Assembly: GCA_041666485.1 (NCBI GenBank)
Contig: JBAYGW010000004.1
Coordinates: 10,341 to 74,340, forward strand
From: Patescibacteria group bacterium
GTDB lineage: Bacteria > Patescibacteriota > Patescibacteriia > UM-FILTER-42-10
DNA: 64,000 bases
Direction of reading: 5' to 3'
Below are positions 1-8,455 of this stretch, one piece after another; the stretch's first letter is position 1; each line of letters begins with the position of its first letter. The position numbers and the translations under genes were made by a program. The notes beneath the pieces were generated by a model. That model did not search any database and was not told the origin of the DNA. It saw only the letters and a program-made list of their open reading frames with translations.

Positions 1-190
1 AATTTCTTTCGCCACCCCTGACCAGCAAAGAGATATCCGCGATATTGAAAAGTTAATCCGGACTCAACTGACTTTGGGAGAGGGCAGTGCCTTCCCGAAA
101 GCACCGGCTAAAAGCCCATACCGCCAGCGACGCAATTTTTCCCGCAGTCGTCCGCGTTCTTCAAACAGAGGACAGGGTAGAAGAAGGTAA
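1..190 (+). CDS. C-terminal end of a DEAD-box RNA helicase (RhlE-like), truncated by window start
   Basis: Frame 2 reads ISFATPDQQRDIRDIEKLIR...RQRRNFSRSRPRSSNRGQGRRR*, matching the post-motif-VI AISF..IEKL segment and Arg/Gly tail of DEAD-box helicases; not in ORF track. Confidence 0.7.
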   Translation, partial: ISFATPDQQRDIRDIEKLIRTQLTLGEGSAFPKAPAKSPYRQRRNFSRSRPRSSNRGQGRRR

Positions 191-245
191 TTAGGATGTA
201 GGGGCGAGGGTTTGGGGTGTAGGATAAAAAATTGATTACAAAAAT

Positions 246-280
246 AAAGATCCGTCCGCAGTTGCAGAGGGGTCTTTTTT
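246..280 (+). terminator. Intrinsic terminator after helicase
   Basis: aaagatcc...gggtcttt stem followed by T run. Confidence 0.5.
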
Positions 281-317
281 GTTAGGATCAGGATATGGGA
301 GTTAGGGATTAGTAAAT

Positions 318-339
318 GTAGGTGGCGAGCTTGCTCGCC
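318..339 (+). repeat. GTAG-type REP palindrome
   Basis: GTAG-gt-GGCGAGC-tt-GCTCGCC; partial copy gtaggggcgagg at 198. Confidence 0.6.
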
Positions 340-452
340 TTGGTAAAAGAAAGTGTACAAGAATGACAATTTATACTTCCCCGGAAAATTATTTTTTATT
401 TAATAATCAGACTTATAGCAAGCCCTATTCCAGAGGGGGGTGGGGGTGCCGA

Positions 453-481
453 TTGACAACGAATAGAAAAAGGAATAAATT
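453..481 (+). promoter_or_regulatory. sigma70-type promoter
   Basis: TTGACA-17nt-TAAATT upstream of CDS 537. Confidence 0.55.
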
Positions 482-536
482 TACCGACCTGGTTCGTCGC
501 ACCTTTTACTAATCATCCCGGAAGGGGGTGAGAATC

Positions 537-1202
537 ATGTCTACCTTAGAACTAGCCGCCTTGGTTTTGTTTGGTATGTTGATTCTGGTTGTTGGAGGGC
601 TGCTCTATCTCCAGAATTGGGTTCAGACAAAACACACCGAGGCAAAAGCTAGGTTTGAAGAAAGGCAGCGGCCCCATAGGCTGGCTAACGAAGCATGGCT
701 GGCTGAAGAAAAAAAGACGGCGCGCTACATCCTCACCCACAATCCTACCAAAGGTCAAATACGAGAAATTCTGCAGAATCCGGCTAGCCCGCATGACAAG
801 GATCTTGCGATTGAGACCGCATTGTCAAGTGGCAACATATGGACTATCGGTCTGATCCATGATTTTGCACCAGAAGCGTCCCCACGAGCTAGAATGGCTA
901 CTCTTGATATTTTTTTCCTGTCAATGACGGGCGAAGAAGCTTTGGCCACGCTGAAAAAGTGGGAGGATCTGCACTCACTAGATACGCCATATCGGGAATG
1001 GTGGCGTGCCTGGAAACCCAAACTGGAAGCAAAAGCTCAGCGCGTCATTGACCGGCAACAGGCCGAGGCGGAGGCAGAACGCCGGGCCGCTTCGCAAGCT
1101 TCTTCGGACGAAGAAGATGATGACAAAGCAGAACCATCTGTCTGGGACGATGATGACAGTGATTACTGGGAGCCCGAGCCTACGGATTGGTCTTCCGGTT
1201 AG
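537..1202 (+). CDS. Hypothetical membrane-anchored protein with acidic C-terminal tail
   Basis: N-terminal TM helix, D/E-rich tail; SD AAGGGGGTGA 5 nt before ATG 537 (track start 528 lies in the SD). Confidence 0.75.
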   Translation: MSTLELAALVLFGMLILVVGGLLYLQNWVQTKHTEAKARFEERQRPHRLANEAWLAEEKKTARYILTHNPTKGQIREILQNPASPHDKDLAIETALSSGNIWTIGLIHDFAPEASPRARMATLDIFFLSMTGEEALATLKKWEDLHSLDTPYREWWRAWKPKLEAKAQRVIDRQQAEAEAERRAASQASSDEEDDDKAEPSVWDDDDSDYWEPEPTDWSSG

Positions 1203-1234
1203 ACCCTGTGTCGTGTGCATGGGGTTATTTTTTT
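1202..1234 (+). terminator. Intrinsic terminator
   Basis: accctgtg/catggggt stem then T tract. Confidence 0.6.
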
Positions 1235-1304
1235 TAAAAGAGTTTATATATTAGTGATTCTCTGTTATGATAGAGAAGGATTATTATTTTAAACAAATAT
1301 TTAT

Positions 1305-1496
1305 ATGAACGGACAAACACGGGAAAGCATATCCAAAGGTCTGCGCGTAGCGGTAGTAAAAAAAGAGGATCAGAAAACAGGGCAGCTGACAGAAGGAATA
1401 GTACAGGACATCCTGACCAGTTCTTCCAGTCACCCGCACGGGATTAAAGTACGCCTGGAATCCGGCGAGGTGGGGAGAGTGAAGGAGATATTATAA
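1305..1496 (+). CDS. ywbE: YwbE family protein (DUF2196)
   Basis: KEDQKTGQLTEGIVQDILT...HPHGIKVRLESGEVGRV signature. Confidence 0.92.
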   Translation: MNGQTRESISKGLRVAVVKKEDQKTGQLTEGIVQDILTSSSSHPHGIKVRLESGEVGRVKEIL

Positions 1497-1500
1497 TTAC

Positions 1501-1582
1501 TGTCATCTTCGGACTCGATCCGGAGATCCACAAGAATAATGGATTCCTGGATCGTCTACAGTGTAGACGTCCGAGAATGACA
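1501..1582. repeat. REP/RPE-like composite palindrome, family A (gtcat...gatcca / tggat...atgac)
   Basis: tgtcatcttcggactcgatccggagatcca ... tggattcctgga...tccgagaatgaca; related halves at 5234-5264 and 5279-5306. Confidence 0.75.
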
Positions 1583-1588
1583 ACGCTA

Positions 1589-1617
1589 TTGACACCATTA
1601 ACATGTCATGCTATCAT
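1589..1617 (+). promoter_or_regulatory. sigma70 promoter with extended -10
   Basis: TTGACA-17nt-TATCAT, with TG one base upstream of the -10. Confidence 0.65.
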
Positions 1618-1623
1618 ACAATC

Positions 1624-1847
1624 TCAAGTATTTAATGGTTTTATAGTAGCACTTCAGAAAGTAATACAGACACACAATTAATGCGTGTTGTTGCGAAGAT
1701 CAGGCAAACAGAAACCAAAACAGTATCAGTTTTTCTAAGAATGAGTTAATAACGTTATTGAATCCAACCCAAGTAATACAGCGGTTATCAGGATAAAAAA
1801 CGTCACTCGTCGGAAGTTAATTGGGACCCTTTAAATGAGGGTTTTTT
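1624..1847 (+). ncRNA. Candidate ~220-nt non-coding or attenuator RNA (weakly T-box-like)
   Basis: Bounded by promoter and terminator (gaccct-ttaaatg-agggtt-TTTT); only a 22-codon ORF (1681-1749) inside. Confidence 0.35.
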
Positions 1848-1860
1848 GATTTGGTATTAA

Positions 1861-1902
1861 TAGGGGTTAGGGTTTAGGATATAGGGATTAGGGTATTGGT
1901 AA
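1861..1902 (+). repeat. Degenerate heptamer tandem array (TAGGGNN)
   Basis: taggggt-tagggtt-taggata-tagggat-tagggta-ttggtaa; similar tract at 281-317. Confidence 0.7.
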
Positions 1903-1904
1903 AT

Positions 1905-1957
1905 AACAGCACCCATTGCGAGGAATTCTGTTTTAGCAGAATGACGAAGCAATCCCG
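1905..1957. repeat. REP/RPE-like family B, left arm
   Basis: aacagcacccattgcgagg-hairpin-gacgaagcaatcccg; homologous to 7484-7527. Confidence 0.75.
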
Positions 1958-2016
1958 ATGCTTAATGCATTGGTAATTAAACTTCGTATCGCGTGGGGTT
2001 TATAGAGTTAATCGGG

Positions 2017-2040
2017 AACCGCCTAAAAAGGCGGTTTTCT
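2017..2040 (+). terminator. Hairpin/terminator preceding nuclease cassette
   Basis: aaccgcct-aaa-aggcggtt-ttct. Confidence 0.6.
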
Positions 2041-2095
2041 TGATTATATTTTGTTTAAGAGCTATTGTGAATGTATAATAAGTAATTTTAATAAT

Positions 2096-2641
2096 GTGCC
2101 TACAAAAAATATTTGGTCGTTGAATATTGATGAATTACTTGTAGCGGATAGACTGAAAAGTCTTTTCAATAAATCAAAATATGAGGTCCTGTTTCCACTA
2201 AATTCTCAAATGAAGGATATTGATTTAGTGCTATTAAAATTGAAAAATAATTCTGTCGCAACAATCCAGGTAAAAGGAAGTAGAACATATGATCCAAAAC
2301 GTGCGGAAGTAGAAAAATATGGAGAAGGATCGGTAGCTTGGTTTAGATTAACAAAGGAATCAATTAATATTCCAACTAATAAGATTGATTACTATATTTT
2401 TGTTTTACATTGCTTTAATGATAATGAACATAAAAAAGAAATAGTCATTAATTATTTAATAGTTCCAAGTAACCAATTTATATCTTTATGTAAGAAAAAG
2501 ACCTTAAGAAAGGGCGGAATTTATCACTTTTTTGTTTGGGTTGATTCTAATCACAATCGTGCGTTTGATTATAATAATAAAGGTAATAAGATTATTAATT
2601 TATCAAAGTATTTAAATAATTGGGAATTAATAAAATATTAA
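2096..2641 (+). CDS. PD-(D/E)XK-superfamily nuclease-like protein
   Basis: E...DIDLV...TIQVKG motif of restriction-endonuclease fold; very AT-rich; probable GTG start 2096. Confidence 0.65.
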   Translation: MPTKNIWSLNIDELLVADRLKSLFNKSKYEVLFPLNSQMKDIDLVLLKLKNNSVATIQVKGSRTYDPKRAEVEKYGEGSVAWFRLTKESINIPTNKIDYYIFVLHCFNDNEHKKEIVINYLIVPSNQFISLCKKKTLRKGGIYHFFVWVDSNHNRAFDYNNKGNKIINLSKYLNNWELIKY

Positions 2642-2655
2642 TTACTAATATTATT

Positions 2656-3462
2656 ATGCCCAAAATTCTTCATTTTGAAGACGACAAAGTTCTGTCTGAT
2701 ATGTTTGCGATTAAATTTAAGCAAGTTGGATTTGAATATGTAAATTATGAAAGTCCAACTGATAATCCTGTTGATTTAATTAAGAAAGAAAATCCAGATT
2801 TGATTATCATGGATATAATTATGCCGATAATGAATGGTTTTACGGCAACAAAATTAATAATGGCAGATAGATCAATAAACACTATTCCGATTATTGGTCT
2901 TACTAATATGAATCAGGATACTGATGTAAATAAGGGGCTAGGTCTGGGCATGAAAGATTATATGATTAAAGCATCTTTTACTCCGTCACAGATGATTCAG
3001 AAAATTGGGAAGATACTGAATATCGAAGTAAAGATCGAAGAAGTGCATTTTCCTCCGATTAAACCAAATTATTCTATACCGTCTATCCAAGATGATTCGC
3101 CGCATGAGAAAAAAGAGCCGGATCATAAAAAACTATACATTACGCTCAGTATCATAGCAGTAATAATATTAGCAGCTATTCTACCACCTTTTATGATGCC
3201 AAAAGTAAAAAGCGGCATTGTGATTTCTGATAAAGTCAGAAATGAGATATTACTGGCGGTTGATACACATTTTGATCATCCCGCGGAACGGTTGCTGGTG
3301 CTACGTTACCAAATTACAGAAAAATCAGAATGGCGGGGAGCAGATCGGTATTTTGTCTCAGGAATAACAATATTTGGTATAAAGTTTAACATGGCAGATG
3401 TTTATGTAGATGGTGGGATTATTAATATCCCAAGCCTGGAGAACGACATAATTACTAATTAA
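2656..3462 (+). CDS. Response-regulator receiver domain fused to a TM helix and C-terminal domain
   Basis: KILHFEDD...PDLIIMDIIMPIMNG...IIGLT...YMIKA receiver motifs; TM LYITLSIIAVIILAAILPPF. Confidence 0.85.
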   Translation: MPKILHFEDDKVLSDMFAIKFKQVGFEYVNYESPTDNPVDLIKKENPDLIIMDIIMPIMNGFTATKLIMADRSINTIPIIGLTNMNQDTDVNKGLGLGMKDYMIKASFTPSQMIQKIGKILNIEVKIEEVHFPPIKPNYSIPSIQDDSPHEKKEPDHKKLYITLSIIAVIILAAILPPFMMPKVKSGIVISDKVRNEILLAVDTHFDHPAERLLVLRYQITEKSEWRGADRYFVSGITIFGIKFNMADVYVDGGIINIPSLENDIITN

Positions 3463-3469
3463 ATATACA

Positions 3470-3772
3470 ATGGCTGCAGACCCGGAAATAGTTAATGCTA
3501 CAAAAATTTTAACATCTACTGTCGCACGTATACTTATACCATTTATAATCATTATTGGTATTATTGTAGCCGGTATTACTTACTTTAAGATAAAACTATT
3601 TAAGAAGGTTGATGAAATAAAGAAGCGAAAGAAGGATAGCAAAAATAATCATTCTTCTGAATTAAATTGCCCCCTTTGTGGAAATGCACTGGTAGAACGT
3701 TCGGGCAAATTTGGCAGTTTTTATGGTTGTTCAATTTATCCGAAATGTAAATATACAAAGAATATTGGATAA
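3470..3772 (+). CDS. Membrane-anchored topoisomerase-type C4 zinc-ribbon protein
   Basis: TM helix plus CPLCGNALVERSGKFGSFYGCSIYPKCKYT. Confidence 0.85.
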   Translation: MAADPEIVNATKILTSTVARILIPFIIIIGIIVAGITYFKIKLFKKVDEIKKRKKDSKNNHSSELNCPLCGNALVERSGKFGSFYGCSIYPKCKYTKNIG

Positions 3773-3793
3773 ATACACTTTAATATGGAGTAA

Positions 3794-3846
3794 CGGGATT
3801 ACTTCGTCGTCCCACCAAATAGTACTCCTCATAATGGGCACTGTTT
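3794..3846. repeat. REP/RPE-like family B, right arm
   Basis: cgggattacttcgtc...tcctcataatgggcactgtt, inverse complement of the arm at 1905-1957. Confidence 0.7.
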
Positions 3847-3901
3847 TTTTATTCACTCAATGCTATAATGCCTCCACAGAGAATTAGCATTAAAAACAGT
3901 A

Positions 3902-5227
3902 ATGAAGCAATCGGAAGCGCTGGATATATTGAAAATGGGACACAATGTGTTTCTGACAGGATTTGCCGGCAGCGGCAAAACTTTTTTGTTAAACAAATAT
4001 ATTGAATACCTGAAAGGTAACAATGTAGAAGTAGGCGTAACCGCGTCTACCGGCATTGCGGCCACCCATATGGAAGGCCGGACGATTCATTCGTGGGCGG
4101 GAATGGGGATTAATGACAAAATGACGAAGACGGAGATTAAGAAGATTTTGAAGAAACCGCATCTGCGGAAGCGGATTGCCAATGCGAGGGTTTTGATTAT
4201 AGATGAAATATCCATGCTTGGCCACCGGCAACTGGATCTGGCGGATCAAATCTGCCGGATCGGAAAAGAGCAGGATCTGCCGTTCGGCGGGATGCAGGTG
4301 ATCCTTTCGGGCGATTTCTTTCAACTGCCTCCGATTAACAGAGCTTCCAATGAGGAGCAGAATAAATTTGCTACCGAGTCTGCTGTTTGGCAGGAAATGG
4401 AACTGAAAATTTGTTATCTGGACGAGCAGTTTCGTCAGTCGGATCAGTTATTTACAAAAATTTTAAATGAGATCCGGGATGACCGCGTGACCGCGGATAC
4501 GATCAGCACTCTGATGACCCGCCTGAATATTGAGGTCGCACCGGATGTGATCCCTACCAAGTTGAATACCCACAATGCTGATGTGGACAGCATTAATGAG
4601 CGGGAACTTGCTAAGATTCAGAGCAAAGAAGTTCTGTTTGAGATGAATGCGACCGGTTCTCCCGAGATTGTAAAAATTTTAAAGAAGGGGTGTCTCGCAC
4701 CGGAGGAGATAATATTAAAACAAGGCGCGGTAGTGATGTTTGTAAAAAATAATTTCAACAAAGGATACGTAAACGGGACACTTGGGACTGTAGTAGGTTT
4801 TGATCCGGAAAAGGGGTGGCCGGTGGTGGAGATCCGCTCGGGAAAAAGAATCCTCGCCGAGCCGGAAAGTTGGGGGATTGAAGAAGAGGGAAAAGTAATC
4901 GCGGAAGTGGACCAGGTACCCCTGCGTTTAGCGTGGGCGATCAGCGTGCATAAAAGCCAGGGGATGAGTTTGGAAACCGCGGAGATTGACCTGAGCCGGG
5001 CTTTTGAACGCGGGATGGGTTATGTTGCTTTGTCCCGCGTGCGGACTCTGGACGGCATAAAGCTGACCGGTTTGAATAATATGGCGCTTTCTGTGAACAA
5101 AGATGTGGTGGGGCTGAATAGGGAATTTATCATCCGTTCGCAAATGGATTCGGACCAACTGAAGGGGTTCGGTAAAAAGCGGGTACACAAAATGCAGAAG
5201 GATTTTATAAACGAGGCGCGGGGATAA
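3902..5227 (+). CDS. PIF1/RecD-like SF1B DNA helicase
   Basis: GFAGSGKT, TASTGIAA, TIHSW, IIDEISM, GDFFQLPP, AISVHKSQGMS, YVALSR motifs. Confidence 0.93.
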   Translation: MKQSEALDILKMGHNVFLTGFAGSGKTFLLNKYIEYLKGNNVEVGVTASTGIAATHMEGRTIHSWAGMGINDKMTKTEIKKILKKPHLRKRIANARVLIIDEISMLGHRQLDLADQICRIGKEQDLPFGGMQVILSGDFFQLPPINRASNEEQNKFATESAVWQEMELKICYLDEQFRQSDQLFTKILNEIRDDRVTADTISTLMTRLNIEVAPDVIPTKLNTHNADVDSINERELAKIQSKEVLFEMNATGSPEIVKILKKGCLAPEEIILKQGAVVMFVKNNFNKGYVNGTLGTVVGFDPEKGWPVVEIRSGKRILAEPESWGIEEEGKVIAEVDQVPLRLAWAISVHKSQGMSLETAEIDLSRAFERGMGYVALSRVRTLDGIKLTGLNNMALSVNKDVVGLNREFIIRSQMDSDQLKGFGKKRVHKMQKDFINEARG

Positions 5228-5233
5228 ACAACG

Positions 5234-5306
5234 GTGGATCTCCGGACCAAGTCCGAAGATGACAATTGCTTATTAATTTGTCATTCCCGCGCAGGCGGAA
5301 ATCCAG
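5234..5306. repeat. REP/RPE-like family A halves
   Basis: gtggatctccggaccaagtccgaagatgaca (29/31 inverse complement of 1501-1531) and tgtcattcccgcgcaggcggaaatccag. Confidence 0.75.
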
Positions 5307-5420
5307 AAAGGTGACACGGCGGCGTGCCACCCCCTTCTTATTTATGGGTAGGGTTTTTTATTTCTTATTCAAATGGTATAATAACAATTACCAATTTATT
5401 CAATTATTAATCTCAAAAAC

Positions 5421-5987
5421 ATGAAAAAAAATGAAGCTGCCAGAATATATGATGTCAGCAAAAATGAAAGACGACAAGGAGAAATACAGCCTATTCTTCC
5501 GGTAGAAGAACCGGAAGATCCTGATATACTGCCGTCCGCCAAGATGACGTCTATGAATGAATTTGAGCTAGCAGAACAACAGCTCAAAGCTGAAGAAAAG
5601 CGCCAAAAAGAATTGGCGGTTCTGCGCGCTAATATGGCTAATTTTATCAATGAAGCTGGAACGACTGTGATTAATTTTGATAAACCGGGAACTGTACCCG
5701 ATGAAAATTTTGAAGATACTGAAGAGATGGGCCGGATTAATGAAATATTCGGGGTTATTGAACAAAGCGGTTTGGATCAGAGAACAATTGATCTACTGTA
5801 CGAAACTATGGAGAATCTGATTATTGCCATTACACCGGAGCAAATTGACCAGGAAAGAATAGATCAGATAATTGAAGTGATTGAAGCTAGCGAATTAGAG
5901 TCCACTCGTAAGCAAGATTTAATCCTGGAGCTGAAAAACATGATCGCGACAGCAATAATGGATATGGACGATGATGCGGTGGCATAA
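5421..5987 (+). CDS. Acidic hypothetical protein
   Basis: 188-aa ORF after TGGTATAAT extended -10 (5374-5382); no recognisable motif. Confidence 0.7.
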   Translation: MKKNEAARIYDVSKNERRQGEIQPILPVEEPEDPDILPSAKMTSMNEFELAEQQLKAEEKRQKELAVLRANMANFINEAGTTVINFDKPGTVPDENFEDTEEMGRINEIFGVIEQSGLDQRTIDLLYETMENLIIAITPEQIDQERIDQIIEVIEASELESTRKQDLILELKNMIATAIMDMDDDAVA

Positions 5988-6007
5988 ATAATCCACTATA
6001 TAAAATT

Positions 6008-6649
6008 ATGCGTAAAATTCTATTGGCCTCGCGGGGTACTTATGTAACGGACGGAAAGTACGATCTTTTTGATAAACCCCGCAAAGAAATAAAATGGGCT
6101 TACATTACGACAGCCGGAAAAAGCGTGCCGAGAGTTGAATATATTAAAAAACATGAACAGCGGATGCGCGAGCTCGGCTGGGATTTTGAGGAAATTGATA
6201 TTGACGGAAAAACCCCGGATCAGTTAAGGAAAATTTTAGCGGATAAGGATGCAATTAATATGCTGGGCGGCAATTCCTTTTTTCTGATCAAATGCATCAG
6301 AGAAAGCGGATTCAAAGCAGTACTGGAAGAATTTCTAGACAGAGGAGGGGTATATTGCGGTTCCAGCGCCGGGTCATATGTTGCGTGCCCCAGTATGGAA
6401 ATGGCAACCTGGAAAAAACCCGCCAAATTTGACCGCCACGGCGTTACTGATTTTACCGGGATGAATCTGGTGCCGTTTCTGATTGTTGCGCACTGCACGC
6501 CGGAAATTGTTGCAATGGTTAAACCATATGTTGAACAGTCAAAATACGAAGTAAAATTATTAAATGATCAGCAGGCGATTCAGATAAATGGGGATCAGAT
6601 AGAATTTTTGGAAGATCTGGAAATACGATCTAAAGATTTCGGAGGATAA
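6008..6649 (+). CDS. Peptidase E / S51 family (class I GATase-like)
   Basis: AYITTA, GGNSF, GSSAGS nucleophile elbow, IVAH. Confidence 0.88.
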   Translation: MRKILLASRGTYVTDGKYDLFDKPRKEIKWAYITTAGKSVPRVEYIKKHEQRMRELGWDFEEIDIDGKTPDQLRKILADKDAINMLGGNSFFLIKCIRESGFKAVLEEFLDRGGVYCGSSAGSYVACPSMEMATWKKPAKFDRHGVTDFTGMNLVPFLIVAHCTPEIVAMVKPYVEQSKYEVKLLNDQQAIQINGDQIEFLEDLEIRSKDFGG

Positions 6650-6652
6650 ATT

Positions 6653-7057
6653 ATGACAGACAATAAAGAACCGGAATTAAATCCCTATGACAATGAAGCC
6701 CGCGAGCGGTGGGGTAATACGCAGTTTTATCAGCAGTCCCAAAAGCGTGTAAAAGCGCTGGGAGAGGACGGGTTGGGGGAGGTTATCAGGAAAAGTCAGG
6801 AGCTAATTCAGAAAATTGCCGGTGCGATGAAAAAGGGAAAAACGGCTCAAAGTGAGGCCGTGCAAAAATTAATTGACCGTCATTATAACGCGCTCAATGC
6901 CTTCTATGATCCGACTTTGGGACTATATCGCGGACTGGCTGAAACATATATCAGCGACGAGAGATTTAAGGAAAATTATGAAAAAGTGGCGGTTGGACTG
7001 GCCCAATTTATGCATGATGCCATGATTTATTATGTTGATACAAAGGAAACTGAATGA
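6653..7057 (+). CDS. Stand-alone TipAS antibiotic-recognition domain protein
   Basis: EARERWG...[30 protein letters not shown]. Confidence 0.88.
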   Translation: MTDNKEPELNPYDNEARERWGNTQFYQQSQKRVKALGEDGLGEVIRKSQELIQKIAGAMKKGKTAQSEAVQKLIDRHYNALNAFYDPTLGLYRGLAETYISDERFKENYEKVAVGLAQFMHDAMIYYVDTKETE

Positions 7058-7470
7058 AAGAACTGCAACATATTGAAATAGTATTGAGAGCAATTATTGT
7101 TTTTAATGATAAACTTTTAATGTGCGTTTTACATGATCAACCACCGATTCATTTTTTGCCCGGCGGGCATTTGGAATTCGGTGAAACCTTGGAAGATTGC
7201 CTAAGAAGGGAGATTAAAGAAGAAATGGGTGTTGAAATAAAATCAATGGAATTTTTGAAACAATTTGAAAATATTTATGATGTGCATGGAATAAAACATC
7301 ACGAAATAAATTTGGTACATAAAGTTTCATTAAGCATAGAAAACACGGAAGAAGTAAAAGCACAAGAGGATCATATTTCATTTACTTGGGTTGAAATTGA
7401 AAAGATGAAGGACGTTAAAATGCTGCCGCCAGTGATACATCAATACTTGGTAGAATATTTTTCCAAGTAA
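7054..7470 (+). CDS. NUDIX hydrolase
   Basis: Nudix box [24 protein letters not shown]. Confidence 0.92.
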   Translation: MKELQHIEIVLRAIIVFNDKLLMCVLHDQPPIHFLPGGHLEFGETLEDCLRREIKEEMGVEIKSMEFLKQFENIYDVHGIKHHEINLVHKVSLSIENTEEVKAQEDHISFTWVEIEKMKDVKMLPPVIHQYLVEYFSK

Positions 7471-7483
7471 TCACAGAACAATT

Positions 7484-7806
7484 ACAGTAACCATTGCGAG
7501 CCCATAAATATGGGCGAAGCAATCCCGATACTTACACCATGAGGGTTTTATAGACGGGATTACCACGCCCCCTGTTTAGAGTCAAAGCGAGCCAGTGTTT
7601 TTTTAAGAGAAGCCTTCGATTCCGCTCCGCTGCACTCAGGCAATATCCCATGAGAATATTTGGTGAGCCTGTCGAATCATACTTGAAAAGAGGTATGGAA
7701 CGGGATTGCCACGTCTTGCGTTCGCAAGTCTCGCAATGGTTACTATCATTCTGTCCGGGATTGTCACGTCCCGCTTTGCGTGATTCACAATGGGTGCTGT
7801 TTTTTT
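7484..7806. repeat. Cluster of REP/RPE-like elements (family B left arm, three right arms, one cttcga..ctcagg/gagcctgtcgaa element)
   Basis: agtaaccattgcgag (7486-7500) is the exact inverse complement of 7730-7744; cgggatt arms start at 7555, 7701, 7756. Confidence 0.8.
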
Positions 7807-7831
7807 ATCCTCTCAATGATATAATTCGTGC

Positions 7832-8401
7832 ATGCAAAAGATAATTACTATTGATAATCAGGCACTGACCTACACCGTGCGGAAAAGCCTGCGGGCCAGA
7901 AGTATGCGCCTCGCGGTGCACAGCGACGGCACAGTGGTGGTGACCATGCCTTTCCGGTTTCCCGGCAGTCTGGCGGATAAATTTGTACATGAGAAATATG
8001 ACTGGATTATTCGGAAGATTGCATATTTCAAACAAAGCAAAAAACCCGCATCACGGGTATATACCAAAAAAGATTATTTGAAATACCGGGAAGCCGCAAA
8101 GAAATTTGCACTGGAGCGAGTGGAGCATTTTAATGCAACATATAATTTTACGTATAATCGGATAAGTATCCGCAACCAAAAAACAAGATGGGGGAGTTGT
8201 TCCGGGAAAGGCAATCTGAATTTCAATTATAAAATAATCCATTTACCTTTGCGGATTGCCGACTATATTATTGTCCACGAGTTGTGCCATTTGAAGCAAA
8301 TGAATCATTCTAAAAATTTCTGGGATTTAGTGGGAGTATTCTTTTCGGACCACAAGGCAATCAGAAAAGAATTAAAGCGGTTGAGTATTGATCTGGGCTA
8401 G
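7832..8401 (+). CDS. YgjP/DUF45-like metallopeptidase
   Basis: QKTRWGSCS...NLNFN...YIIVHELCHL...NHS..FW. Confidence 0.9.
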   Translation: MQKIITIDNQALTYTVRKSLRARSMRLAVHSDGTVVVTMPFRFPGSLADKFVHEKYDWIIRKIAYFKQSKKPASRVYTKKDYLKYREAAKKFALERVEHFNATYNFTYNRISIRNQKTRWGSCSGKGNLNFNYKIIHLPLRIADYIIVHELCHLKQMNHSKNFWDLVGVFFSDHKAIRKELKRLSIDLG

Positions 8402-8455
8402 AGGCTTTTATTTAAATTTGGTATAATAGAACTATAATTAATAATCATTATATTT

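Noticed and set aside
64-369. 101-aa minus-strand ORF
   Set aside because: Overlaps the helicase tail, terminator and repeat tract; low-complexity translation
440-480. TPP riboswitch (ggggtgcc)
   Set aside because: Lacks CTGAGA and the remaining conserved core
1861-1902. Telomere-like TTAGGG repeats
   Set aside because: Period is 7, units are degenerate and internal; treated as a heptamer array
2007-2040. Cobalamin riboswitch start (gttaa..gggaa) or integron attC core
   Set aside because: No downstream B12-box elements; GTTAATC does not fit GTTRRRY and no integrase is present
7484-7806. Possible CRISPR array
   Set aside because: Repeats are degenerate, irregularly spaced and partly inverted; no cas genes
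7650-7844. 64-aa ORF
   Set aside because: Read-through of REP-like arms; no RBS or protein motif
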